Positions 20,790 to 33,836 are shown, counted from the first letter of the stretch. The stretch is DNA of 64,000 bases from Octopus bimaculoides (GCF_001194135.2 NC_068982.1:48437686-48501685), one strand, 5' to 3'. Translations and numbers: made by a program. The notes: generated by a model from the sequence alone, not told the origin.

Positions 20790-21255
20790 AGGATGCCAGC
20801 GCTGCCTGACTGGCACCTGTGCTGTTGGCACCTAAAAAGCACCATTGAAGCCTGGTCGATGCCCATGGCGCCTGACTGGCTCCTGTGCCAGTGGCATGTA
20901 AAAAGCACCATTTGACCGTGGATGATGCCAGTGCTGGTGGCACATAAAAAAGCTCCATTTGAGCATGGTTGATGTCAGTGCTGCCTGACTGGCTCTTGTG
21001 CTGATGGAATGTTAAAAGCACCATTCGAGTGTGGTTGATGCCAGTATTGCCTGACTGGCACCTGTGTTGGTGGCATGTAAAAAGCACCCACTGCACTCTC
21101 AGAATGGTTGGCGTTAGGAGGGGCATCCAGCTATAAAAACCTTGCCAAATCAGACTGGTGCCTGGTGCAGCCTCCTGGCTTGCCAGTCCTCAGTCAAACC
21201 ATCTAACCCATGCCAGCATGGAAAGCGGACTTTAAATGATGACGATGATGATGAT
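20790..21255 (+). mobile_element. RTE-tail SINE with five 66-bp tandem units
   Basis: Units start at 20792, 20858, 20924, 20971 (19-bp deletion) and 21037. The RTE-type tail and (GAT)n follow. Confidence 0.85.
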
Positions 21256-21364
21256 GTAAAGAGATGAAAAGAGACATCACCCTGTATTTGTTGAATGCTT
21301 CAGAGGAGATGACCAAAGACAAAGATATAGGGTGTTTCCTCTGATGCAAAGGACTGACCTGCAA

Positions 21365-21610
21365 GAGTCTTGTGGCAGTGCCACATAAAAAGCATTCATG
21401 CTGGGGCCATTTAAAAAGCACTTGTACTGGCACCATGTAAAGGCACCGGTACTGGTGGTATGTTAAAAGCACCCAGTACAGACTGTAAAGTGGTTGGCAT
21501 TAGGAAGGGAATTCATCAATAGAAACCAAGCTGGAACCTGGTGCAGCTCTCCTGCTTGCCAGCTCTGGTCAAATCTTCCAACCCATGTCAGCATGGAAAA
21601 CAAACGTTAA

Positions 21611-21643
<33 letters not shown>

Positions 21644-21665
21644 GTGATGGTGATGATGATGGTGG
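21365..21665 (+). mobile_element. RTE-tail SINE with about 4 short aaaagcac units and a long (GAT)n tail
   Basis: Shares the tail with 20790-21255 and 30431-30574. Confidence 0.8.
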
Positions 21666-21958
21666 TTTAATGCTTTACAAGTTCTGTCATTTCACCAGAA
21701 GTTTGCCAATATTTTTTCCTCATCATTTGACATCTTTTTCAGTATTACCACTAATGTAAACATGTCACATGTCACATTTTAACCGAAGTAGCTTTTATTC
21801 TACAGAACATTACAATATAGAAAATGCTATTCAACAAAACAATGATTTCGGTTCTTTTCTAGACTGACAGACCTAAATTTGAGATAACATTTTAATCATA
21901 GAAAAATTGCATATTTATTATTGATTTTTATATAAATAGTTGTTTAATTTTTCAATAG

Positions 21959-22045
21959 AAATGTCCACCCTTTCAACATAAGTACCATTTAGATACTTTG
22001 TCACCAGGAAAATGGCACCAAAGTACAATGATAGTTGAAAAGCTG
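21959..22045 (+). CDS. Candidate internal exon (KCPPFQHKYHLDTLSPGKWHQSTMIVEKL), protein unknown
   Basis: T-rich acceptor ttttcaatAG, donor CTG|GTAATT, 87 nt, phase 0-0, only one open frame, in non-repeat context. Confidence 0.3.
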
Positions 22046-22239
22046 GTAATTGGAAATCCACTTCTCAGTCAGAAAGTAATTTCATTGTCTGATGATTTTT
22101 AATATACCTTTCAACAGAGGCTTTCACATTAAAAGGATAATTAAAAAGACAGAGGTTGGATAATAATAAACACACAGAAATATACAAATATACCTTCTAG
22201 TAATATGCTTGTGTATCAATGCAAGAATAGGTTTAATAT

Positions 22240-22437
22240 TAAGGAGGTATAGCTGTGTGGTTAAGAAATTTATGTTGCAACTATGTGGTTCCAGATTTAT
22301 TCCTACTGTGTAGCATCATGGCCAAGTGTCTTCTACTACAGCTTTGGATTGAACCAATGCCCTGTGAGTGAAGACTTTGATACACAGAAACTGACTGAAA
22401 GCCTGATATGTTTGAGCATGTGCATGTGTATGATTGT

Positions 22438-22520
<83 letters not shown>

Positions 22521-22545
22521 CACACACACACACATGCACACACAT
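22240..22545 (+). mobile_element. Class A SINE 5' half followed by (CA)n
   Basis: Head/core match, with about 50 CA units at 22437-22545. Confidence 0.75.
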
Positions 22546-22904
22546 ACAGTGTAAACAGAGTTAGCGGATATAATAACTGACTAAGGGATAAAATATCTGT
22601 ACATGGTATCAGTATCCATTACCTGTGTTATCCCCGGGCATTGGTGTGCAGGCACACTATGCACGTAGAGTGCAGGTAACAACAGGATAAAAAAGAGTTA
22701 TCAGGAAACAAATACAAATAATCAGAAAAAAGGAGAAAACACCAAGACAAACTTTTATGGACCAAAAAATTCCTTGTGAAATGAAGCAGAATGTGGAAAA
22801 ATGGCGACGATGTTTCAGAGTTTACACTACATATTTACATTATGAGTTTTCTACTTTTTCTACTTTTTAACTATAATTTTGTTTAAAATATTATTTATAT
22901 TTAT

Positions 22905-23975
22905 TAGGGTGGTGAGCTGGCAGAATCATTAGAATACTGGGCAAAATGTTTAGTGGCCCTTCATCTGTCCTTATTTCTGAGTTAAAATTCTGCTAGGTTA
23001 ACTTTACCTTTCATTCTTGCAGAGTTAATAAAACACATACCAGTTGAACACTGGGGTCGATGTAATTGAATTACCCCTTCCCACTAAATTGCTGGCCTTG
23101 TGCTAAAATTTAAAATTAATATTATCTACATTATTGTCTTCAGAACTTTGTTATATGTTATTTTTTTTGTTGGACCATTATCATCATTATTGTGTTTTTT
23201 ATGTCATAAATAATTCTTTCATACAACTGATTGAGAGGAGCTATAGACTGTAACAATAAAAAATATGTCTAGATCAGCTAAATGCTTTCAGGAAATTTTT
23301 TTCTCTTATCGGTAATTTTTTTCCCCTCACCTTTTCTATTATTTTTCAAAATAACTATGTTAATATCAACAATGACAATATACCTGCAGTTGTAAATTCT
23401 GTCAATAAAAAAAATATACTATGTAAATCATTTCAGTTGTTAGTGACAAAAAAAAAATCAATTCTTCCTTCAAACAAATTCTTTTATTAATACAGTTATA
23501 AAGGTGGTGAGCTTGCAGAATTGTTAACGTGCCAGACAAAATACTTTGCGGTATTTCACCCATCCTTCCATTATGAGTTCAAATTCCACTGAGGCTGACT
23601 TTACCTTTCATGCCCTTTTGGGGTCAATAAAATAAGTAATAGCAGAGAACTGGAATTGATGTGATTGACTATCCCACTCACCACAAAATCCAGGCCTTGT
23701 GTTTATAGTAGAAAATATTATTATTATTATAATTAGTATTAGTATTAGTATCATTAAGACAGCAAGCTGGTAGAATTGTTATCACACCAGGAAAAATGTT
23801 TAATAGCATCTTGTCTGTGTTTACGTTCTGAGTTCAAATTCCACTGAGGTTGACTTTGTCTTTCATCCTTTCAGGGTCAATAAATTAAACACCAGTGAAA
23901 CATTGGGGGGAGGGGGGGTCAATGTAATCGACTAGTCCCCTCCCCACAAATTCCAGGTCTTGTGCCATTAGTAGA
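22905..23975 (+). mobile_element. Three co-oriented class C SINEs (22905-23115, 23503-23715, 23758-23975)
   Basis: Each has ggtgagctggcagaa..gagttcaaatt..ggggtc..ggccttgtg. Confidence 0.8.
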
Positions 23976-24639
23976 TAGAATAATTATTATTGTTATTATT
24001 ATTATTATTATTTCTGGAGCTATATCTCAAATTCTAAATGAAACAGAAAGATTATCATGATAAGGAAGTTAGTTAAGTAAATAATCCAGATCAACACACT
24101 ATCTTTCTTGTCACCAGGAAACAAATAAATCTTAAGCTGAAGAGATGAGAATTAGCAGAAGTGAGAATTTTAAGATTTTATAAATAGCAAATTAAACTTG
24201 AAAATCCAATATCATATGTGACTGACTAAACAGTGTTAGAACAGAATAATTAAATTTGATGAAAAAGTAGTAGAATGAAGGATGATGAAATGAACGAATC
24301 AGATTTAAATAATACCAATAACTTATTAATTAAAATTCCTATTTTGAAACTTAGAGACACTCAAAAACAATAAATTTCAAAAAAAGTGAAAAACAGATAA
24401 TGAGTCAAGTGTTTATGCAAAATTTGAAAAAAAATAAATGTTCCTTCTGCAGGTTATTTATGACTAAATTTTCTGCTCATTTATATATTACTGTAGATGT
24501 TACTTTCAGATTAAAAATTACTGTAGCATTCTTAGGATCTTTGACATCATGGAGGAGATGACAAAAGACTAGAATAACTGGCAATATGTGGTTCTTGAGA
24601 AGACTCACCCACCTCATTAAAACTGAGATTCAAGAAACA

Positions 24640-25540
24640 CTGTGTATAAATATTCACCCACTGCCAATAACCTCCTTTAAGAAATTTCCACCACCCATCA
24701 TCTCTCTAACTGCTTTGTAATTAATTCTGCTGCTGTAATTAAACATGAGCAGAACCACATACTTCAACTTTTCCCTGATACCATTTACTCCTCTTATTAA
24801 CTGGAACCAGTTCACTGTTATCCATCTTTCCTTCTATATACTGTTCTCTCCACCTAGATTTTACATAGATTACCCTCCTGATTTTACCCTCCTGAGCCAT
24901 CAAATTATTTCTCCTTTTCCATCATTCGTTTTCCTCTCTTCCATTTGCTATGTTTATCCCACACTCTTATAACCCACCCAACCATGTTATCTTTCTCTCT
25001 CTCATTCAGCCATCCTGTCACTTTCTTCCCCTTTTTACTGCATCATTACTGTTATTATTACTATCCAACCTCTCTTCCCCATCCATTCCTTTTTCCTGCA
25101 CTGTCAGTCATTTCCTCTTCCTTATCTCTTCCGAAGTCATGTATTATTGTCATGTATGAATATCTTTGGTCACCCAGCAGCCCTACTCATTTCTACAGTT
25201 GTCACCTCCTTTTTCTTCTCTTCCTCCCCTACTTGTTATCTGTCAGCACTTTATTCACCATCTCACTCATTCCTGATTCCTAACCATCACTCAACCTCTA
25301 CCAACCTACAATTTCTGTTCTTCCATTATCACTCATTTCTATTCACCTTGTATCTTGTGAGTTCACCTTGACACCTCATCTCTGCTGTTTTTATCTCTTT
25401 CCAGTTCCACTCTGACCTCTCTCACCCTCTCATCCAGAATGTGAGCAGCCACAAAACTCTCCTACTGCACGAAACCTTTTCTGTCCTGTCCCCTTCTCTC
25501 TCAGTTTAAGCCTGCTTCCCATAGTATAAAGCTGTCTCCC
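24640..25540 (+). mobile_element. Pyrimidine-rich remnant, possibly a Penelope-like 3' region
   Basis: A strongly C/T-biased 900-bp block without SINE similarity. HHLSNCFVINSAA resembles recalled PLE GIY-YIG C-termini. A gcag..ctgc-acgaaac motif lies near the end. Confidence 0.25.
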
Positions 25541-25589
25541 TCTCTTTTGTAGCCCCACTTACTTGGAGGGGTTCTTAGTCTTACAGGCT

Positions 25590-25792
25590 GCATGGCAACC
25601 CTACCAGTGTTAGTGCCATGAAAAAAAGAAAAAAGCACCCAGTACACTCAGTGAGTGGTTGGTATTAGGAAGGGCAGCTAATCATAGAAATAATTTCAAA
25701 GCAGAGTATGATACAGTCTTTGGACCCACTGGGGCCTGTCAAACTATCAACCCATGCCAGCATAGAACAAGGATGTTAAATTATGATTACAG

Positions 25793-25836
<44 letters not shown>

Positions 25837-26010
25837 CATTATTGTTTAATGTCCATCTTCCATGCATGCATGGGTAGGATATTTGACAGGAGCCAGCCAG
25901 GTAGAAAACTAACCAAGGTTACTGTGTCTGTTTTGGCAGGTTTTTTATGGCAGGATGCCCTTCCTAACATCGATCACTCTGTAGAGTGGACTCAGTGCTT
26001 ATACATCTTG
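25590..26010. mobile_element. Tail-to-tail pair of RTE-tail SINEs around (CA)n
   Basis: A + copy at 25590-25790 and a - copy at 25835-26010. Confidence 0.7.
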
Positions 26011-26119
26011 GCTTGGGTTGGGCAGTTTTTTGAAGCCAATGTTTTATAGATGGATGTCCGCCCTTTTGCCAGTCCTTTTAATTGCCTTCTCTAGCATGCA
26101 GAGACATGGTGTACCTATG

Positions 26120-26225
<106 letters not shown>

Positions 26226-26679
26226 GAATGTGTAAGCATGTATGTTTATGTATTTCTGTATAATTATATCTGTACCAGTTGAGTGCTGGTATACAGAGTT
26301 AGATTCCATTATGCCAATGTCCAATTTGCATTTCCTTTATTATGAGACCAAAGACAAAATTACTAGTACTGATGGCTGATACGGTTGACTAACAAAATTC
26401 TAAAAGGCAATACTACTGCATGGCCACAGTCCAATTATTTATACTAGTAAAAGAAGTTCAACAGAAAGAAAGCAAAGTAATACCCTTGGGATCAGTCTTA
26501 TATTCTTTTAACATTTAGTGTTTTACCTTTTACTGACTCAGCTCCATTATACCTCCATAAAATCTAAACTAATCAAGAAGCTTCAGAATGGTTGCTTGAA
26601 ATATCAACCAAATATTCCCCAAATTAGACACCACTATTTAAAAAAGTTTACGATACATTCATCAGTTCTTGGTACTCCG

Positions 26680-27022
26680 TCGCTTACGACATCGAGGGTT
26701 CCAGTTGATCCGATCAACGGAACAGCCTGCTCAAGAAATTAACGTGCAAGTGGCTGTGCACTCCACAGACACGTGTACACTTAACGTAGTTCTCGGGGAT
26801 ATTTAGCGTGACACAGTGTGACAAGGCTGACCCTTTGAATTACAGGCACAACAGAAACAGGAAGTAAGAGTGAGAGAAAGTCATGGTGGAATACTACACC
26901 AGGGTTCTCCACCATCCCCTGCCAGAGCCCCGTGGAGCTTTAGGTGTTTTCGCTCAATAAACACTCACAACGCCCGGTCTGGGAATCGAAACTGCCCTAA
27001 CCACTGGGCCATTGCGCCTCCA
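26680..27022 (-). mobile_element. Class B-headed SINE with a distinct long central/3' domain (Nin-domain-like by recall)
   Basis: tRNA-like 5' end (gtggaggcgcaatggcccagtggttaggg..gtttcgattccc), a CpG-rich body, and the palindrome GTTGATC-C-GATCAAC near the 3' end. Confidence 0.7.
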
Positions 27023-27859
27023 CTATTTATCAGTATAGTCCTAGATATTCCTAAGATGAGAGAATGGTTACACATGGAACATGTTTTACCACAAGTCTGC
27101 TTGATCATGGTTGACCTGGAGCTAAAGAACAATAACAACCACTCTAACAAAAAAAACCCAATAAAAATGATGATTGAAGCAAAAACACAGAAAAATTAGT
27201 AATTAACATTTTTGTCTTTCTTTTATTACCTGAATATCTCTAATTTCAAATTAGTATTCTTGAAATTCTTTATACCACTTTAGCATGATGTTCATTTGTT
27301 TTGTTTTTTCTTTGTATTTTCGTTTTTTTTTTGTTTTTTTTCATCATTGGAAATTAATTTGTACTCAAGTAAAGAAATAAGGAATTGTTTAATTACAGAA
27401 AAATTATCGAAGAGAACAATTTTGCTGAATAATTAATACTTCTGAGATGTTGATAGTTTTATTTTACTGATGGAGATAAAATAAACATTAAATAAGCAGT
27501 TAAAATATTGATCACTGCTCTAATCAGCAGAGTGGAAAGCAAATTTGTCTTATCTTCATTACTGGAAAGAGATTGGTTTAAAATTTAATAGTTATGATAT
27601 GATCTAAATTTTATTTTCCACAGGATAGAAGTTAACAGTATTTAACTATCGCCTGCATGTTCAGCATTTTTCAAAGTACTAATTTTGTCTTTTATTGTAT
27701 CAACAGCTATGAAGAACTGTGATTTCTAAGCACAGACAGGCATTCTAATATTGACGCTTATTATATACAAATTTAGATGTACATGCAAATATACATATAT
27801 AAATTCATACAGATAAACTTACATTTATTAATATATATAACTTCATATCTGTTATCTTT

Positions 27860-28098
27860 GAGTTGTCTTCATTCATTTGACTGTGGCTATGCTGGGGCAC
27901 CAGCTTGAAGTGGGTTTTTTTATATTCAACAAATCACACCCAGGAATTATAAAGCCTAGTACCTATTCGATTGGTCTCTTTTGCTGAACCATTAAGTTAT
28001 GGGGACATAAACAAGCCAACACCAGTTGTCAAGTAGTAATGGGGGGGGACACAGACACAAAGACACACACACTCACACAAATATATATACATATATAC

Positions 28099-28177
<79 letters not shown>

Positions 28178-28922
28178 CACATACATAATGGGCTTCTTTC
28201 AGTTTCTGATTACCAAATCCACTCACAAGGCTTTGGTTGGTCAGCTCAAAGCTACAGTAGAAGACACTTACCCAAAGCACGATACAATGGGACTGAACCC
28301 AGAACCATGTGGTCAGGAGGCAAGCTTCTTACCACACAGCTACACTTACAATTTATATATAATAAATGTGTACAAAAACATTCAATTATTTGTGGTTGTA
28401 GGTATTCATTTATATATGTAGATGCTCTTAGCAACATAAAATGCTTAAATACAGATGCAGAATGATAGTTGAACACGTAGATAGCAAAATTTTAAATACA
28501 CATGGATACAGACATTTGTTAGAGCAGAAGAGATAAAAAACAAAAAAAAAAAAACTTGTATGGAAGTCAAAATTGCCTTCCATCCTTTGAATTCAATATA
28601 AGTAGCTTGCAAATACTAATGATAATGTACATGATTATTCTATCCACTCAAAAGATGTGACTGCATGCAAACAATAGATGAAGGATTTTAGTTGAACAAA
28701 TCGCCCCCAGGGCTTATTTTTTAAAGCCTGGTACTTACTCTATTGGTCTCTTTTGTCGAAGTGCTAAGTTACAGAGATGTAAACACACCAACACTGGCTG
28801 TCAAGTGGTGATAGGGGGACAAACACAACACAAAGACACACACATAGATACACACACACACACACACACACACNNNNNNNNNNATAGGGGGACAAACACA
28901 ACACAAAGACACACACATAGAT

Positions 28923-28966
<44 letters not shown>

Positions 28967-29125
28967 GCTACAGGCTTCTTTCAGTTTGTGTCTGCCAAAT
29001 ACACTCACAAGGCTTTGGATGGCCCAAGGCTATAGTAGAAGACACTTGCCCAAAATGCCATGCAGTGGGACTGAACCTGGAATCATGTGGTTGGGAAGCA
29101 AGCTTCTTACCACACAGCCACACCT
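27860..29125 (-). mobile_element. Two class A SINEs (27860-28345, 28690-29125) with internal (AT)n/(CA)n
   Basis: Reverse-complement matches to the other class A copies. Confidence 0.8.
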
Positions 29126-29354
29126 ACATAACATACATATATATATATACATACATATCTATATATATATAATGTATGTGTGACTATGTCAAATAAAAAC
29201 TGATAAAATATGTACAAGGTCGAAGTAAGTATGGAGCTTGATATGATCAGCTAAATACTTCAAGGTAGTGCTTCAGTAATGCTGGAAGCAGTTTAATAAC
29301 TGACACCACTATGAGAAAAGATTAACTACTAGTATGAGACATTTTACTTGCTAT

Positions 29355-29628
29355 CATGGGCCCGGGAACAGGGGGTGCAGGTGATGCAAGTGCACCCCCT
29401 AGAATTTTTGCGGAGTGCAGAACCAAAATTTGCAGCCCTACTTATTTTACTCAGGTTTACAAAACCGTGAATAAAAAAGTGATGTGTAAAAAGTACCTTG
29501 AAGTTAGGTTCCTTCTCAAAGAACAAATCACAAAAATAAATAACAGAAAAAAAAAACAAGACCAAATTTGTAAAAAAATTTGGACCTGGGTTTGCACCCC
29601 CTAAGCAAATTTCGTTCCTGAGCCACTG
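29355..29628. mobile_element. hAT-like MITE (274 bp)
   Basis: Termini CATGGGCCCGGGAAC and GTTCCTGAGCCACTG are inverted at 11/15. The 8-bp TSD is CTTGCTAT on the left and CT(T)TGCTAT on the right. Subterminal GGGGGTGCA/TGCACCCCC motifs are present. Confidence 0.7.
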
Positions 29629-30030
29629 CTTTGCTATCACTTTTAGTCATTGAAAAGAAATGTATTTTAGCATTGATATCTGTAAATTCATTATCCTTTC
29701 TATCAATCTATATATTTATATATAGCATGTAATTGTACTTTGACTTTACTTGATGGTTCATTCAGTGTCTGCTTACACTTTGGATGTAAAAGTATTTTGC
29801 TCTATGTGAATTTGAAGACTGATTACAATGTGTTTGTCTGTGTTTCTTACTTTTTGTTCTGTTTTTTTTTTTTTTTTTTTTTTTTTTTCCATACAAGTAT
29901 TTTTGAATAACATTTTAAGAAATTCAATGGACCAATTTATAGTTCAATGAAATTCAGAAAGCAAGAGATAGGAAATATGTTGGACGTTTGATTTAAAAAA
30001 GATTTTAAAATTTCTATTTTTTGCTTTTAG

Positions 30031-30103
30031 TCTATCCTAATTGTAGCTAGATTGTCCCAGATTCCACTCGTAATTGAAGACTGGAAGCTTCTATCCAGAC
30101 TAG
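30031..30103 (+). CDS. Candidate internal exon (SILIVARLSQIPLVIEDWKLLSRL+1 nt), protein unknown
   Basis: Strong acceptor tttctattttttgcttttAG, donor TAG|GTATTG, a single open frame, and GC higher than the flanks. Confidence 0.35.
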
Positions 30104-30430
30104 GTATTGTTGTCAAATATATAGAGTAGCATTAAAATGCTGGATTTCACACGGCTGTAAGTTTGTTCATTTTCTAAAGCAATATTAGTTTCTATCCTAT
30201 GAAATAAATCATTGATAGTTCTAGATTTTTCTTTTCTAAATTGGTCTCTGCTTTATAAACTGCAATGAACCAGAGAACTTTCTTCTGAATTGTGCCAAAT
30301 TGACAGAGGATAATAAAGTAGAAACTCATCCAGAATGCACAATCATATTTTATTATAATTCAAACCTATGTTTAGCAAACAGTGACTGTTTTTGTCTAAC
30401 ATCTTTGCTACTTTCCAAAAGCTTTAATCT

Positions 30431-31597
30431 TCATCATCATCATCATCATCATCGTTTAACGTCCGCTTTCCATGCTAGCATGGGTTGGACGATTTGACTG
30501 AGGACTGGTGAAACCGGATGGCAACACCAGGCTCCAGTCCGATTTGGCAGAGTTTCTACAGCTGGATGCCCTTCNNNNNNNNNNNNNNNNNNNNNNNNNN
30601 NNNNNNNNNNNNNNNNNNNNNNNNNNNNNNNNNNNNNNNNNNNNNNNNNNNNNNNNNNNNNNNNNNNNNNNNNNNNNNNNNNNNNNNNNNNNNNNNNNNN
30701 NNNNNNNNNNNNNNNNNNNNNNNNNNNNNNNNNNNNNNNNNNNNNNNNNNNNNNNNNNNNNNNNNNNNNNNNNNNNNNNNNNNNNNNNNNNNNNNNNNNN
30801 NNNNNNNNNNNNNNNNNNNNNNNNNNNNNNNNNNNNNNNNNNNNNNNNNNNNNNNNNNNNNNNNNNNNNNNNNNNNNNNNNNNNNNNNNNNNNNNNNNNN
30901 NNNNNNNNNNNNNNNNNNNNNNNNNNNNNNNNNNNNNNNNNNNNNNNNNNNNNNNNNNNNNNNNNNNNNNNNNNNNNNNNNNNNNNNNNNNNNNNNNNNN
31001 NNNNNNNNNNNNNNNNNNNNNNNNNNNNNNNNNNNNNNNNNNNNNNNNNNNNNNNNNNNNNNNNNNNNNNNNNNNNNNNNNNNNNNNNNNNNNNNNNNNN
31101 NNNNNNNNNNNNNNNNNNNNNNNNNNNNNNNNNNNNNNNNNNNNNNNNNNNNNNNNNNNNNNNNNNNNNNNNNNNNNNNNNNNNNNNNNNNNNNNNNNNN
31201 NNNNNNNNNNNNNNNNNNNNNNNNNNNNNNNNNNNNNNNNNNNNNNNNNNNNNNNNNNNNNNNNNNNNNNNNNNNNNNNNNNNNNNNNNNNNNNNNNNNN
31301 NNNNNNNNNNNNNNNNNNNNNNNNNNNNNNNNNNNNNNNNNNNNNNNNNNNNNNNNNNNNNNGTTTCACTGCCATGTAGCATGGTTGTTCGTACGCATGC
31401 GTCATACAGTCTGCCTTTTACTCTGAGTGAGAGTCCCTTTGTCGCCAGCAGGGGTAAGAGCTCTCTAAACTTTGCCCAGGCTATTCTTATTCTAGCAGCT
31501 ACACTTTCAGCGCACCCACCCCCACTACTAACTTGGTCGCCCAGATAGCGGAAGCTATCGACTACCTCTAGTTTTTCACCCTGGAATGAGATAGAAG
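30431..31597 (-). mobile_element. Young 5'-truncated RTE-type LINE (middle hidden in a 788-N gap)
   Basis: Stop-free SISFQGEKLEVVDSFRYLGDQVSSGGGCAESVAARIRIAWAKFRELLPLLATKGLSLRVKGRLYDACVRTTMLHGSE at 31363-31597. The 3'UTR and (ATG)n tail are at 30431-30574. CpGs are retained. Confidence 0.9.
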
Positions 31598-32389
31598 TTG
31601 TTTCCTGTTTGTTTGCAGTCTTTATTGCGTAAGAAATTATTTTTGTTATTCTCTTTAATGTATATAAATTTTACATCACATTGATGGTTGTTTTTATTGA
31701 TGTTGCATAGCCCCAGCTAACATACAAGAGGTGCTGTATGAATAACAAGTTCAAATTATGGTCATTCATGTTTTTGAGTTTATATCACACAACTGATGTT
31801 GGTGTGTTTACATCCCCATAACTTAGTGGTTTGGCAAAAGTTACTAGGCTTACAAAGAATAAGTCCTGGGGTCGATTTGTTCAACTAAAGGTGGTGCTCC
31901 AGCATGGCCACAGTCAAATGAATGAAACAAGCTAAACAATAAAAGAGTATATGTATGTATGTATGTGCATATATAACAGGTTCCTTTCAGTTTATGTCTA
32001 CCAAATCATTCACAAGGCTTTGGTGAGCTCAAAATTATTGTAGAAGACACTTGTCCAAGGATCCACACAACAGGTCTGAACCCAGATCCATGTGGATGGA
32101 TAGCAAACATCTTACAACATAGCCATGCCAGAACCTGTAAATAAATTATATATAAAGTTCCCTAGAAATGAAGTATACTGTCTTGTAGCAATTTACAAAT
32201 CATGGAAACAACTATCAGTGCAGACTTAGTTGTGTGGCTTAGATATTTGCTTGCAATCGCACAGTCTCAGCTCCCATCCAACTATGTGACACCTAAGCAA
32301 GCATCTTATACAATAGTCTTTGTTTGCCCAATACTCTGTGAGTGATATATGAAACTGCAGAGGTCCAGTGTGTTTGTGTGCATGAATGC

Positions 32390-32456
<67 letters not shown>

Positions 32457-33210
32457 TGTGTATGTGTGAGTGTGGGAGTGTGTGTGAGGACTGCACTGAT
32501 TAATTGGCAGATAATTGGCCATGTTGGCCACTTTGTCAATTAATCAGTATCAACATTTGGTGAATTGGTTTTTATAACCGGCCATTTTCATTTTTTGTCT
32601 TTATAATTATTGATAAGCATGTATGTTGCCGAAAGAGATCCATGACTGTCAATGAAATTCATAAAGTATATTGGATTCAACATGTAAAAGTACATAAGAA
32701 ACATATATTATTTTCTACGGCATACAGCTGAAGACCACCAGTATATTCAAACTCAGTTCATAATGCTTGAACATATTGATTTCTGTATTTGAGAATTACA
32801 TGGGAATGCCCCTGGGGTCTTAATTTCCTATACTAAAAGGGTATCAAAAAAAAAAGAATACTTGAAAGAATACATACTTAAAGGAATTAATGCAAAGATT
32901 ATAAAGATTCTTATTCATCAAGAGTGGTGAAATTTCTAGCCTGTTTAGTAAAGATGCAGTTGATTTTTTTTTAATTTTGTTTAAGAAGGTTGAGATAACA
33001 GGGATCATTATTAATGTAAAAATTATCCATTAATAACGATTCCTGTTATTTTAAACTTCTTAAAGAAAAGTCAACAGCATCCTTACTTATGACAGAATTT
33101 GTACTCCTCTCTTGGGGAACCATCTTAGGTGAAACCACTATACCAATATGTTTTGACATGAGTCAATATCATGATTACAAGAGAATAAAAAGATTAAGTT
33201 TAGATAGCTA

Positions 33211-33730
33211 CAGTATTTTCTGGCATACAAGTCAATGTAATATATAATGTAAACATTTAAACATTGTCATTTTCTTTCTAAATCTTGCTGCATAACATGG
33301 AATTTTTGGTCCCCCAAAAGTCGTCTTGATGTATAAATTGGCCCATCATTTTCGGCTGTAAGTTTTGGTCTGAAAAATTCAATTTGTATTACTAGAAAAT
33401 AAGGTACATTGTCTTGTGCATATTGTTTTGGATAAAGGTATGTAATCTTCTGTATATAATATTGGGTGCAGATATATAGTCTTGTGTGTATAGGTATGTG
33501 TGTAGATATAAATTCTGTAAATTCTCACCTTGCATTCAACTATTGAAACAGGTATACCAAAATTTCCAGAATGCACATTGATGTAGTGTATAGTGTAAAC
33601 ATGTACATTAACATTCAAAAATCTTCACTGTCCTTTCAAATCCTGATGAATTTAACATGGAGATTTTGGTACTCTAAAGTTCTCTTGTATAAGTTTACAT
33701 ACTTATCTTACTTTTGGTTTTATGCCAACA
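33211..33730 (+). mobile_element. pogo-like MITE - spacer - MITE composite
   Basis: Unit 1 (33211-33404) is TA-flanked with TIR cagtattttctggcatacaa / ttgtattactagaaaataagg. A ~150-bp spacer follows, then a second degenerate unit from about 33557. Confidence 0.7.
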
Positions 33731-33836
33731 TAACTATTCAGATTACTTATGGTGGTCATACAATGATTAAACAAGATGGAAACCTAAGTGAGGGTGCAGA
33801 ATGATACAGTTCAATAACAATAAAAAGTAGAAACTA

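Noticed and set aside
23331-23398. Minus-strand exon candidates (also 16516-16601, about 34975-35045, about 46348-46424)
   Set aside because: Good splice signals, but no recognisable peptide and no consistent phase chain.
28812-28945. Exact tandem duplication of about 60 bp either side of a 10-N gap
   Set aside because: Typical unmerged contig overlap at a (CA)n tract, so an assembly artefact.
30449-31548. ORFs of 300+ aa spanning N runs (also 9107-9527, 39423-40007, 45207-45717)
   Set aside because: Their length comes from assembly gaps.
31619-31628. Micro-exon candidates with strong signals (31619-31628, 35131-35137, 48613-48620)
   Set aside because: GTAAG[AT] donors within about 10 nt of a T-rich AG are expected a few times per 64 kb at this composition. 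No independent support.
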